Source of the DNA: Candidatus Poribacteria bacterium
GTDB taxonomy: Bacteria > Poribacteria > WGA-4E > PCPOR2b
Reading direction: 5' to 3'
Length of the DNA: 64,000 nucleotides
Assembly: GCA_965208325.1 (NCBI GenBank)
Contig: OZ242326.1
Coordinates: 608,001 to 672,000 of the forward strand
This document shows positions 1-9,872 of the stretch, piece after piece; within the stretch, counting starts at the first letter, position 1, and every line of letters begins with the position of its first letter. The position numbers were made by a program, and so were the translations under genes. The notes under the pieces are model-generated. The model saw only the letters and a program-made list of their open reading frames with translations, was not told the origin of the DNA and did no database searches.

Positions 1-1
1 C

Positions 2-196
2 ATTTTGGAGGCTGATGTCGGGGTGTTGATTGGCACCAAGCAAACCGCTGTTCAGGCAATGAAGCGGTTTGGTATTCCCACGCGAGAAATTACCGGCAAA
101 GATAGATTTGGTTCCGTCCGTGATGTTTCACGCACCGTGCTACGTGTGGATTCATGGGAGACATTAGGGCATTTTCTCGGATATGAAAAGTCATAG
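2..196 (+). CDS. 3' end of a gene truncated by the window start; possibly a HAD-family phosphatase (TH2/thiamine-phosphate-phosphatase-like C-terminus)
   Basis: Frame is open from base 2. ILEADVGVLIG...FGI...VDSWETLGHFLG resembles the LLEADIGIVIG...SW segment of TH2-type HAD domains (recalled similarity only). Confidence 0.4.
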   Translation: MLEADVGVLIGTKQTAVQAMKRFGIPTREITGKDRFGSVRDVSRTVLRVDSWETLGHFLGYEKS

Positions 197-406
197 CCAA
201 AACGACGAACAGACAGTGCGGTAGAAGCTACACAGATTTTAGCAACGCAAACGCCCAAGAAACGCATTATCACCCATTGTTCAACCAGGTTTCCGGATAT
301 GAACACACGCAGTAATTGGATTAATCATCTCCGTTTCGAGGTTTGACTTATCATGTTGTTTTACGGGAGAGATTTGCGCGAGTGAGAATACAGGAGGGAA
401 GTCATT

Positions 407-1612
407 ATGCTCAGTGTCGAGGAAGCGCGTAAACGGATATTGGACGCAACCCGCGTCTTGCCGCCGGAAAAACTCAGGATTATGGACTGTCTCGGATATG
501 TCTTGGCGGAAGATGTGCACGCCGCCGAACATATACCGCCGTTTCGCAATTCGGCGATGGACGGATATGCAGTGGTTGCTGAAGATACACAGTCGGCTTC
601 CAAAGATTTTCCAATTCAACTTTCGATTGTCGAATCTATACCCGCAGGCTATGCTCCAACCGAGTGCGTTGCACGCGGCCAAGCTGCCCGGATTATGACG
701 GGGGCAATGATGCCCAATGGAGCAGATGCCGTTGTGATGATAGAGGAAACGCAATCTGAAAAGAATCTGGTTAAGGTCCTTGATAGTGTAGAAAAAGATG
801 AGAATGTACGCTTCGCGGGTGAAAGCGTAAAGCAAGGCGATCTCGTGATGTCAAGAGGAAAGGAAATCCATCCGCCCGAAGTTTCCATGCTTGCCTCACT
901 CAATCTACCGGCAGTCGAGGTGCACAAACGCCCCAAGGTTGCCGTGATTTCGACAGGCGACGAGCTAACACCTCTCGGCGGACCGCTGAAGCCTGGCAAG
1001 ATTCGAGATAGCAACCGTTACGGCATATGCGCCCAGATTCAGGAAGCTAAGTGCTTCCCGATTGATATGGGGATTGCCGTCGACGATGAAGTGGAGTTGG
1101 AACGTAAATTCCGTGATGCAGTAGGTCAAGCCGACGCTGTCGTCACCAGCGGCGGCGTATCAGTCGGAGACCACGACAGTGTGAGAGCGGTTCTCGCACG
1201 TATGGGTGAGATAAATTTCTGGCGTGTCGCGATGAAGCCGGGAAAACCACAGGCGTATGGATTCATTGACGGCGTGCCAATCTTTGGATTGCCGGGAAAC
1301 CCGGTATCGTCGCTTGTGGTGTTTGAATTATTTGTCCGTCCTGCCCTGCTCAAAATGGCGGGACACACCGATTTACTTCGTCCAACGTTCCAAGCCATTT
1401 TAGATGATGACGTGGTAAACAGGGATGGGCGCGTAAACTATCTGCGGACAATCATTACATCGCGCAACGGCAAATTTCATGCCCGGACGACGGGACCGCA
1501 AGGATCCGGCATACTTTACTCGCTCGTTTTAGCAAACGGCTTCATCATTATTCCGGCAGGTGCGACCATCAAAGCGGGCGAAACAGTCGAAGCACAGTTA
1601 CTGAAGTGTTGA
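407..1612 (+). CDS. moeA: Molybdopterin molybdotransferase
   Basis: PPFRNSAMDGYAV, RIMTGA, STGDEL, TSGGVSVGD, MKPGKP, GLPGNPVS motifs; 401 aa; GGAGG RBS upstream. Confidence 0.95.
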   Translation: MLSVEEARKRILDATRVLPPEKLRIMDCLGYVLAEDVHAAEHIPPFRNSAMDGYAVVAEDTQSASKDFPIQLSIVESIPAGYAPTECVARGQAARIMTGAMMPNGADAVVMIEETQSEKNLVKVLDSVEKDENVRFAGESVKQGDLVMSRGKEIHPPEVSMLASLNLPAVEVHKRPKVAVISTGDELTPLGGPLKPGKIRDSNRYGICAQIQEAKCFPIDMGIAVDDEVELERKFRDAVGQADAVVTSGGVSVGDHDSVRAVLARMGEINFWRVAMKPGKPQAYGFIDGVPIFGLPGNPVSSLVVFELFVRPALLKMAGHTDLLRPTFQAILDDDVVNRDGRVNYLRTIITSRNGKFHARTTGPQGSGILYSLVLANGFIIIPAGATIKAGETVEAQLLKC

Positions 1613-1775
1613 CAGTTGCGCTATAATAAACTGTAATTTCTGTAGAGATTCCTAATGACTGATTAAAACTGGGTACAAACAAAGGTACGAACCGCGCCTT
1701 TAAATTAAAGCCTTCAAACTGAAACCTGTGAGGGATTGGTGCACCCAACCCTACAAATTGAATGAGGGATCACAC

Positions 1776-2375
1776 ATGCCACGACAGGTTTTTGTCGATA
1801 TAGATACGCAACACGACTTCATTGATGCTGACGGCGCTCTTTCGGTGCCGGGAGCAGAGGATATCCGAGAAAATTTACATATGCTTACTAACCACGCGCT
1901 TGAAACTGGGGTGAAAATTATCGCCTCGGCGGATGCACATGCGCCTGACGATAAAGAGTTTGAGGTCTTCCCGCCCCATTGCGTACAAGATACGCCGGGG
2001 CAGAAAAAAATTGAGGAGACAAGCGTTGCCAACACGCAGGTCATCACAAACACCGCATCAGGAACCCATCCACACGAAGTGGTTAGCGGGGCGGATCTGG
2101 TCTTGTTAGAGAAACAGACATACGACGTCTTCACGAATCCGAACACGGCAGAGATTGTCCGGGCGGCAAACGCGGATGAACATATCGTTTACGGCGTTGC
2201 GACGGACTACTGCGTCAAAGCGGCAGTGTGCGGATTGCTTGATCGAGGGCATAACGTAATCGTCGTCGAGGATGCCATTGCGGCGGTGGACGAGAGTGCG
2301 GGCAATGACGCTATCGCATTGATGAAACGGCAAGGGGCAATTTTTAAGAAGACCCGTGAAATCATCGGTAGGTAA
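1776..2375 (+). CDS. pncA: Nicotinamidase / isochorismatase-family cysteine hydrolase
   Basis: VDIDTQHDF, DAH, FPPHC, K, GVATDYCV catalytic motifs; start moved to ATG 1776 after GAGG. Confidence 0.85.
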   Translation: MPRQVFVDIDTQHDFIDADGALSVPGAEDIRENLHMLTNHALETGVKIIASADAHAPDDKEFEVFPPHCVQDTPGQKKIEETSVANTQVITNTASGTHPHEVVSGADLVLLEKQTYDVFTNPNTAEIVRAANADEHIVYGVATDYCVKAAVCGLLDRGHNVIVVEDAIAAVDESAGNDAIALMKRQGAIFKKTREIIGR

Positions 2376-2404
2376 TTCAGTCTGTTCTAGGGTAGCGGAA
2401 TCCA

Positions 2405-3352
2405 ATGAATGCTGAGAGGAAAACAGGTTTTGTTTACCATCCCGATTTTTTGAAGCACGATACTGGACACGGACACCCCGAACGTCCGGATCGGCTAAAG
2501 GCTTGTATTCAGTCCCTTCAGGCGTCGCATTTTTGGTCAGATTTAGTTCAAGTAAAACCAATAATTGCCACGATTGATCAGATTTGCGATGCGCATACGA
2601 AATCGTATGTGGCCCGAGTCAAGCGCCATAGTGCTGAGAGCGTTCCACTCGCTTCCGATACCCCGGTCTCAACCGATTCTTATAATGCGGCGTTATGCTC
2701 CGCGGGGAGCGTGCTTGCGGCGGCTGACGCCGTAATGACCGGTAAAGTTAAAAATGCGTTCGCCCTTGTTCGTCCCCCTGGCCACCACGCCACGTCGGAT
2801 CGAGGCATGGGATTTTGCTTATTCAATAATGTCGCCGTTGCGGCTAAATTTCTTCAACGAGAGCACAATGTCGGGAAAGTTGCGATTGTGGATTGGGATG
2901 TGCATCACGGCAACGGCACGCAAGACATTTTCTACAGCGATGAATCGGTTTTTTTCTTTTCTATTCACCAATTTCCGCTCTACCCCGGTTCAGGACTGGC
3001 TAGCGAGATTGGCGCTGGCAAAGGAATCGGTGCGACCTTAAATGCGCCGATGCGCGCCGAGAGTGAGGCGAACGACTATATTGAGGTGTTCAAAAGTTTG
3101 CTCATACCTGCGTTGAATAATTTTGCGCCGGACTTCATTATAATTTCGGCGGGATTCGATGCGCATCGCTTGGACTTGTTGGCATCAATGAACTTGACGG
3201 CAGTGGGGTTTGCGGATTTGACTGACATTATGGCAAAAATTGCTGCGCAGTGTTGTGAAGGTCGGCTGGTGTCGGCATTAGAAGGGGGCTACAGTCTTGA
3301 AGGGTTGTCAGAATCGGTCGTCGCCCATATTCAACGGCTGTTTGAGAATTAG
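2405..3352 (+). CDS. Zn-dependent histone deacetylase-family (acetylpolyamine/acetyl-lysine) deacetylase
   Basis: HPERPDR, RPPGHHA, GFCLFNN, DWDVHHGNGTQ, SAGFDAH, LEGGY. Confidence 0.93.
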   Translation: MNAERKTGFVYHPDFLKHDTGHGHPERPDRLKACIQSLQASHFWSDLVQVKPIIATIDQICDAHTKSYVARVKRHSAESVPLASDTPVSTDSYNAALCSAGSVLAAADAVMTGKVKNAFALVRPPGHHATSDRGMGFCLFNNVAVAAKFLQREHNVGKVAIVDWDVHHGNGTQDIFYSDESVFFFSIHQFPLYPGSGLASEIGAGKGIGATLNAPMRAESEANDYIEVFKSLLIPALNNFAPDFIIISAGFDAHRLDLLASMNLTAVGFADLTDIMAKIAAQCCEGRLVSALEGGYSLEGLSESVVAHIQRLFEN

Positions 3353-3358
3353 AGAACG

Positions 3359-4552
3359 TTAAAATCTATCAGTTTCCCACAAGAACAACTCCCCGGGTGG
3401 GAAAAGTACACCAAGCAGCTCAATTTTACTGTCGTCAAGCGTCAATTCGTTGGAGAATGCAATCTGACGCGGCGTCATATTTCCGAACAACAGATTTAAC
3501 AGTTGTGTGTGGCTGACGGCGAGTTCGATGCTTGGCATTCCGATTAATGCTGAGCGCTTGAAAATTCCTCCGTCAACACTAAAGCATAAAATTTTGGTTT
3601 CGCAGCGGATAACAATCGATCCGCCCCATCCCGAAAAGTCAGAGTCATTGAGCCTTGTTTCGAATGTCGGCAGCATCTTCGTAAGCAGAGATTCGAGGTC
3701 AATTATCCGAATCATCGTATGATAATGTTCGACACGCTTCACTGCGCAGCCTGTAGCTGTAAGTAACTCGCGGCATTCGTGCGGAACAATGGCTTCAACT
3801 GAATTAACTTCCTCAACATTCGCTTGATTGAAGAAGCGGTGGAATAGTTCAATAGTTGCACTTTCAAAATTCGGCAGATAACCCATTTCGCGGATGAACC
3901 ACCGGTCGCACATGAGATAAGCGACGATTCGGCCGTTCTGCCGCGCTGTCCAGAAGAGTGTGGGATCGTAATCACGCCACTTCGGCCGGTTGTTCCAATA
4001 TTCGACAGATCTGACTATCGTCCCTGTACGGGACGCATTGAAGCGATTGTAAATTTCCCGCAACGCCCCTTCATCTTGATCCAGGTCACATTGCCGAACG
4101 ATCACGTCCGACGAATTTTCAAGCTTTTCAGGTAAAGCCAGGCGTGTCCTGAACATAGGGTACATCACCCAACCCGCCTTGGCGTAATGCGATTGGATGT
4201 CCGTAAAGAGAATCGAGAGGTCGTAACCCGCCGCACGCATGTATTGAACGCTATCCCGAATGACTTGCGATGAGTGTCCGGCACGGCGGTATTCAGGCCG
4301 CGTGCTGACGTTTCCGACTCCCCCCATCTGCACAACGCTGCCGCCAATTCGCATGGTACGCCGAAATATCTGAACGACGCTAACCACCTTCCCATCTACA
4401 AAGCAGGCGCGGGTATTGTTTAAGTCGAACCAAGGATCGAGTTTAACAATGTTCGTGAACATGTGCTCCGATTCATCGAACACACTTATGCTGCATTGAA
4501 TTGAATCGTCAAGTTCAGTTTGGTTTAGGGGAGCGCGGTATTGAATATTCAA
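3359..4552 (-). CDS. Eis-like GNAT acetyltransferase with C-terminal SCP2-like domain
   Basis: GGVGNVSTRPEYRRAG acetyl-CoA motif, YAKAGW; 397 aa with Eis-type architecture. Confidence 0.8.
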   Translation of the reverse strand: MNIQYRAPLNQTELDDSIQCSISVFDESEHMFTNIVKLDPWFDLNNTRACFVDGKVVSVVQIFRRTMRIGGSVVQMGGVGNVSTRPEYRRAGHSSQVIRDSVQYMRAAGYDLSILFTDIQSHYAKAGWVMYPMFRTRLALPEKLENSSDVIVRQCDLDQDEGALREIYNRFNASRTGTIVRSVEYWNNRPKWRDYDPTLFWTARQNGRIVAYLMCDRWFIREMGYLPNFESATIELFHRFFNQANVEEVNSVEAIVPHECRELLTATGCAVKRVEHYHTMIRIIDLESLLTKMLPTFETRLNDSDFSGWGGSIVIRCETKILCFSVDGGIFKRSALIGMPSIELAVSHTQLLNLLFGNMTPRQIAFSNELTLDDSKIELLGVLFPPGELFLWETDRF

Positions 4553-5253
4553 GTCTTCCTACCGACGTGGATGGCAACAATGCCAAGGGTCTTTTGATAG
4601 TATCGCACATTAGCCAGACCGCAGCCTTCCATTACGGCTTTAAGCTGTTCACAATTCGGAAATTGCATGACTGATTCTGGAAGATAACCGTATGCATCGT
4701 CTTTGTTTCTTGAAATTAAATTGCCGATTACGGGCAATAGCCTTTTGAAATAGAAGAAATGGAGATTGCTAAAAACCGGTGCGGACGGCTGAGTAAACTC
4801 AAGAATTACAACACGGCCGCCTTTGACGGCGACTCGTGCCATCTCGCGGATTCCGCGCTCTAGCTTTGCCACGTTCCGAATACCGAACCCAACTGACACG
4901 ATATCGAAGGTATCGTCCGCAAATGGAAGTTGGAGCGTATCCGCCTCTACGGCAACCAAATCATGGGTCCTTTTCTGTTTTTCTACTTTCTCTTTGCCAA
5001 TCGCTAGCATTTCGAAGCAGAAGTCAGTGCCGATTACGGGTTTACCGTTACCCATTGCATCCGCGTAAGCAAGCGCGAGTTCACCGGTGCCTGTGCAAAC
5101 ATCAAGCACGCTATTGCCCGGTGCAACCTCGCTGACTCGGGCGGTAAATTTACGCCATGACCGGTCACACCCCATACTCAACAGGGTGTTGAGAAAATCG
5201 TAACGCCTTGCAATCGCGGAGAAAATGTTATGGATGTAGGTTTCTTTTTCCAT
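4549..5253 (-). CDS. ubiE: Ubiquinone/menaquinone biosynthesis C-methyltransferase
   Basis: FSAIARRYDFLN, VLDVCTGTG, LPFADDTFD, GFGIRNV, YGYLPES; start at ATG 5253 (MEKETY). Confidence 0.92.
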   Translation of the reverse strand: MEKETYIHNIFSAIARRYDFLNTLLSMGCDRSWRKFTARVSEVAPGNSVLDVCTGTGELALAYADAMGNGKPVIGTDFCFEMLAIGKEKVEKQKRTHDLVAVEADTLQLPFADDTFDIVSVGFGIRNVAKLERGIREMARVAVKGGRVVILEFTQPSAPVFSNLHFFYFKRLLPVIGNLISRNKDDAYGYLPESVMQFPNCEQLKAVMEGCGLANVRYYQKTLGIVAIHVGRKT

Positions 5254-5281
5254 AATCCGAACGGAAATCAGACACGCGTTG

Positions 5282-6073
5282 TCACGCGGACGGCAACTGG
5301 ATACTTGCCACAAATCGCCTCGTGAAATCGAGGTTCATTTTGGCAGAAGCGAAAGCATCCTCACCGGTCGGCGTTTCCAGTACGAACCAACCATCATAAT
5401 CGATATCCACAATTGCTTTGCTGACCTCTTCGAAGTCCACTTGTCCCCCGCCCAGAGGCTGCGAATCCGTATCCTTCATGTGCAGATAGCCAATATGCTC
5501 TGCGGTAAGCATTCGGATTTCCCGGGCGGGGTCGTAGCCCGCGCTTACGGCGTTACCCACATCGTAACAGAGGGCGACGGCCTCAATATCAACTGCCTCG
5601 AGCAGACGAAGTTGGTCCTCACCGCTCAATGTACATTCGAGAGCGAGTGTGACGCCGTATTGCGCGGCAACCACGCCTGTACGCTTTAGTCCATCCACCA
5701 GGCGCGGTGCCGTGGCGTGTTCTGAAATTAGCGTCGCCTCCTCAAAAAAGGGCAATACAATGAAGTTAGCCGCCAACCGCGGTGCAACGCGCGCCAAATA
5801 GTTTACGAATTTTATTCCCTCACGACGCAGGTCATCATCAGGATTCAAGAAGGTGCGTGGAATCAACGCCTGAGCCGTAAGTGCGGCGACACTACATCGT
5901 GACGAATCAATTAATTCTTGGACTTTTTCGACCCCTTCCTCGCTGAACAGTAAATGGTCTTGATAGTTATCTCCAATGCGGAACTCCAGGCCGTCAAAAC
6001 CAAGTTTCGCGGCTTGGGCGAATGTTTCCTCAAAGGGAACGGGCAACATCACATCACGAATACCGATTTGCAT
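5282..6073 (-). CDS. Sugar phosphate isomerase/epimerase (xylose-isomerase-like TIM barrel)
   Basis: GFDGLE, LALE, YDVGN, HMKD, GWFVLET. Confidence 0.85.
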   Translation of the reverse strand: MQIGIRDVMLPVPFEETFAQAAKLGFDGLEFRIGDNYQDHLLFSEEGVEKVQELIDSSRCSVAALTAQALIPRTFLNPDDDLRREGIKFVNYLARVAPRLAANFIVLPFFEEATLISEHATAPRLVDGLKRTGVVAAQYGVTLALECTLSGEDQLRLLEAVDIEAVALCYDVGNAVSAGYDPAREIRMLTAEHIGYLHMKDTDSQPLGGGQVDFEEVSKAIVDIDYDGWFVLETPTGEDAFASAKMNLDFTRRFVASIQLPSA

Positions 6074-6242
6074 ACGTCTAATCCTTTTGTGACTGTCCAC
6101 GTTGGTTTGTACACACTAACAGACGAGCATCTATCCCAATCGGCAGATTACGACAACAGAGACCCGATACCAGTCCTTACGGAAATCCGGCAGCGTTGAG
6201 CTAAAATCGCAATGTGTGACGCTGAAGCCTGACACCGCTATT

Positions 6243-6653
6243 TCACACCCTTGATTCTAGGATTTGCATTAGTTCGAACACGAGGCCGTTGGGTGATCTG
6301 AAAAAGGCAATGCGCCGCATTCCCAATCCAACACTGATTTGCCGCGGCTCGAATAGTGTTTCTGCTCCCAGCCCCGCGGCTTGTTCGCAGGCTTTGTCCA
6401 AGTCTTCAACCTCGAACACCGCATGGGTCAATCCGGTCATGAGCGGGTAGTTAAGCGATTTTTCGAACAGCGGCGCCGGCATCAAAGACAGCCGCGTACC
6501 CCCGAATTCCAGTAACGCCACCTCGTAAGTTTTGCCATCAGCCGTTGAACGAGTTTCTCGCACCAGCACCTTGCCGCCTAAAGCTTCGAAAAAGTTGACT
6601 TCCTGATTTAGGTCTTCAATTTTTACGCCAAGGTTCCAGAGACTAGCCTCCAT
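6243..6653 (-). CDS. VOC/glyoxalase-family protein
   Basis: GVKIEDL, THAVFEVEDLD, FFRSPNGLVFEL; start at ATG 6653 after GAAGG. Confidence 0.8.
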   Translation of the reverse strand: MEASLWNLGVKIEDLNQEVNFFEALGGKVLVRETRSTADGKTYEVALLEFGGTRLSLMPAPLFEKSLNYPLMTGLTHAVFEVEDLDKACEQAAGLGAETLFEPRQISVGLGMRRIAFFRSPNGLVFELMQILESRV

Positions 6654-7604
6654 AATTCGCCGCCTTCGCGAGGATAAGGTTGCCGGTAACACACCTATTG
6701 TACCGGCGGCCCTTGTTTTGCAATCCGATGAGAGAATACCGCTGGCGGTAACCCAAGCCGTTGGTATTTCGGTTAGCAGAATGGTGAATTCCGATACTGT
6801 GGATAACAACACTTGTACCGGGGTGCAAGATGTTGAGTCGTCCTAATATTGCGCGGCGTGCGAGTCAGCGTATGAAAATTCTCAATACCCTTTCGATTCC
6901 ATCGGTGTCGTGTGTCAACAGCGGAAATAAATGTCAATCCGGTAAACATGGGAAGGACTGGCAAGGGTCGGTCGCCACCGAATTTGCGTTTGACCCAATG
7001 ACTTTGACAGATCGCAACGGTGTCCCTTTATGCGAGGCTGAGTCCTTGGGACACTCATGTCCACCGGCACAATCTTGATTGAATTTTGGTATTCGACGAC
7101 ACTTGAGAAACCCGTCCAACACTAGCTCCATGGCATGTTCGGCGTACCTATCCACGCGTCAGTTTCGACTCGCGCAAGAGTGCCCTTTTGTGCCCTTTTG
7201 TGCCCCATTTCGAAGTTTCCATTTTGGGACACTTCTCACGGTTCGGGTTGCACGTCCGGCTTGCGGTTACGATTTTACGGTTCAGCACGAGTAGTCAATC
7301 CTGTGGTAATGAAATTAAATGTACGATTTCCGCCCATTTTGAGAAAAAAAAGGCGAGGTTAGACATCCTTCAGCGCCCTCGCCTCGCCAACAAAAATTTA
7401 TTTTTTCAGATTTTGTGTAAAACATCTTTCTATTGCATTTTACACGATAATAAATACACATGTCAAGGAAATTTAAAGCCTACAAGCGAAAATTTATGGA
7501 GCGCGAGTGATGTCTACTACGCTAATACCCGAGGACTGTCGCGCTCCCTAAATTACCCAATAAATTATCGACCTCGCAAAACCGAGATATTAATTTGCGG
7601 CGGT

Positions 7605-8276
7605 TTAGAATTTCCCCGATGGGGATGTGCCAACACCTACCTTTACCCCCGTACCCTCCATCTGTTCCACGACGTGGCGAATGCAGTCGTCAACCGTTTT
7701 GAAAGGGGGATTGGTGTAGGATTCTAGGCTAAAACTCAAGTCATTTGCGCCAAAAACAAGCATATCAACCCCGGGTTTTGCCAGTTTCCGGGCATTGATA
7801 ACGGCATTAACAGATTCAATCTGTAGACAGAGAATACCATTATTGTTCCACCATTCGGCGTATTCGAGACGGTCAGGAATCGCTTTTATGCCGTAGCCGG
7901 AGCTGGGCCCCCAACTCCTTTTTCCCATCTGCGGATAGTAGAACGCATCAATCGCCTCGTCCACCGTCGATTCGTTCTCTACTTGCGGTATCACGATGGC
8001 TAGCGGCCCCAGATCGACGTAATTGCCAATGAGAAACGCGTGCCGTGTGTGTTTGATTCGGAACATAGCGGGCACACCCAGGTCCTCCGCCATGCCGCAA
8101 AACCGAACAAGTTCTTTTTCATCGAACGCCGAGTGTTGGCTGTCAATACCGACCAAATCGTATGAGTCCTTGCTGAAGATATCCTCAAGTTGCTCCTTGG
8201 TGGAATCCATGGGCGCACCGCCGACATTAACGGCTTCGCCGTTGTGTATGCGTTGTTTTAACGATAGTTCTGACAT
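7605..8276 (-). CDS. HpcH/HpaI aldolase-family protein
   Basis: IDSQHS, YYPQMGKRSWG, QIES, GANDLS; GGAG RBS. Confidence 0.85.
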   Translation of the reverse strand: MSELSLKQRIHNGEAVNVGGAPMDSTKEQLEDIFSKDSYDLVGIDSQHSAFDEKELVRFCGMAEDLGVPAMFRIKHTRHAFLIGNYVDLGPLAIVIPQVENESTVDEAIDAFYYPQMGKRSWGPSSGYGIKAIPDRLEYAEWWNNNGILCLQIESVNAVINARKLAKPGVDMLVFGANDLSFSLESYTNPPFKTVDDCIRHVVEQMEGTGVKVGVGTSPSGKF

Positions 8277-8650
8277 ATCTCACGATCTCCTTTATTTTGG
8301 CTTAAACGATGCCGCAGGCTGAAAATAAATGTGTCAATCAATGAGTCGACCGCTGTCAGGCATTTTACGCCTTTTTTGTCTACTGATCAACAAAAATCTG
8401 TTCGTGCGTCTTTTCTCTCTTTTTTTGTATCAATGTTGTCATATTTTTTTGCATAGTTTGGCGGCTCGTTCCAAGAATGGGAGTAATTGTTGCCGGACTA
8501 TCGGCTTGCCGAACGAGGAGTGGTGTGCTATCATTGATTGAAAGCCGCACTATTTTTTGGGAGTGGTTTAGCGCTTGAATTTGGGCAACGGATTGGCGTA
8601 ACGTCTCAAGTGCCATAGCCAAAAATCAACTGCAGAAAGGACATCAAAAT

Positions 8651-9061
8651 ATGGCTACATTTTTGCACACACGTATTCGAGTCAGTGATCTAGAGCAATC
8701 AATCAAATGGTATTGCGACAATCTCGGTTTCGTTGTGAAACGCCGTAGCGACAGATCGCCGGCGGGCAACCAAATCGTCCATTTGGAGTTACCCGGTAAT
8801 GTCCCCACCCTAGAATTGACCTATTCCCCCGATTATGAACTGAGCGTTCCGGAAGATTTGATGCACCTCGCCATCGGCGTACCGAATCTCGTAGCCTGCT
8901 GCGACGAACTGGAAAATTCTGGCCTTGAAATCTGGCCAGACGGTTGGCGTGAGCAATTCACCTCGGGCGGCATGAAAATGGCCTTTATTACCGATCCAGA
9001 CGGCTATGAGGTAGAATTGCTTGAGGATATGGAGAAAATTATGGATGAGTTGAGCGAGTGA
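8651..9061 (+). CDS. Lactoylglutathione lyase-like VOC protein
   Basis: FLHTRIRVSDLEQSIKWY, LELTY, HLAIGV, FITDPDGYEVEL. Confidence 0.87.
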   Translation: MATFLHTRIRVSDLEQSIKWYCDNLGFVVKRRSDRSPAGNQIVHLELPGNVPTLELTYSPDYELSVPEDLMHLAIGVPNLVACCDELENSGLEIWPDGWREQFTSGGMKMAFITDPDGYEVELLEDMEKIMDELSE

Positions 9062-9101
9062 GTTTAATCGCCGCCCAGTCTCATGTGGGGGAGACCTACA
9101 G

Positions 9102-9743
9102 ATGAAGTTGCTCTCGGTAAATGTTTCGAAACCGAAGCCTGTCTCATATAACGGTAAAACGATACACACAGGGATTTTCAAAGTTCCGGTGAAGGGGCGC
9201 GTTGTCCTTAAAAGATTGAACTTGGACGGTGACGGGCAGGGCGATTCAACGGTACACGGCGGCGTGGACAAGGCAGTCTACGCCTACCCAAATGAGCATT
9301 ACGAGCATTGGCGGCGAGAACTCTCGCGTGACAATCTGGCCTACGGGCAGTTCGGCGAGAACTTTACCGTGGGCGGCATGTTGGAGGATGGCGTTCATAT
9401 CGGAGACATATTCCGGGTAGGGTCGGCATTGGTGGAAGTGTCGCAGCCGCGCGTGCCGTGTTTTAAGCTTGGGCTAAAGATGGGTATTCCAACATTTCCG
9501 AAACAGTTCTTGGCGAGCGGACGGTCGGGGTTCTACCTGCGTGTACTGGAACCGGGGGAGGTCGGCGCTGGCGATGCGATCGAACGGGTTAAGGTTGGGC
9601 ACAAATGCCTAACGGTAAAGGCGGTACACCACCTGCTGTATTTCGACAGCGGTAATTTGGAAGAAATTCACGAGGTTGTAAGCATCCCCGCCTTGGCGGC
9701 GAGTTGGCGCGAATCATTCGAGAAGGTGTTAGCAAAAGCCTGA
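9102..9743 (+). CDS. MOSC-domain protein YiiM-like (with 3-alpha domain)
   Basis: TGIFK, GDGQGD..HGG.DKAVY, FGENFT, QPRVPCFKL, GFYLRVL. Confidence 0.9.
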   Translation: MKLLSVNVSKPKPVSYNGKTIHTGIFKVPVKGRVVLKRLNLDGDGQGDSTVHGGVDKAVYAYPNEHYEHWRRELSRDNLAYGQFGENFTVGGMLEDGVHIGDIFRVGSALVEVSQPRVPCFKLGLKMGIPTFPKQFLASGRSGFYLRVLEPGEVGAGDAIERVKVGHKCLTVKAVHHLLYFDSGNLEEIHEVVSIPALAASWRESFEKVLAKA

Positions 9744-9762
9744 AATCACACGAAAGTGAAAT

Positions 9763-9810
9763 GCGGCGAATGGTTAGTGGAAAGCACGAAATTCACTAAC
9801 CACTCGCCGC
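9763..9810. terminator. Long hairpin between convergent genes; possible bidirectional terminator
   Basis: GCGGCGAATGGTTAGTG ... CACTAACCACTCGCCGC near-perfect inverted repeat; no clear U-tract. Confidence 0.5.
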
Positions 9811-9872
9811 TAATGTACAAATCGCCGTTCATGGATGACTTCCTGATGCCGACGATGGAAATCACCCCAACG

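Noticed and set aside
6660..7600. Several short ORFs and a 10-bp tandem (GTGCCCTTTT x3 at 7180-7210) in a ~950-bp gap
   Set aside because: No recognisable domains or RBSs; may be a decayed gene, but I cannot support a call.
8545..8630. Hairpin (GCGCTTGA/TCAAGTGC) in the leader of the glyoxalase gene as a riboswitch
   Set aside because: A single modest stem with no known consensus or expression platform.
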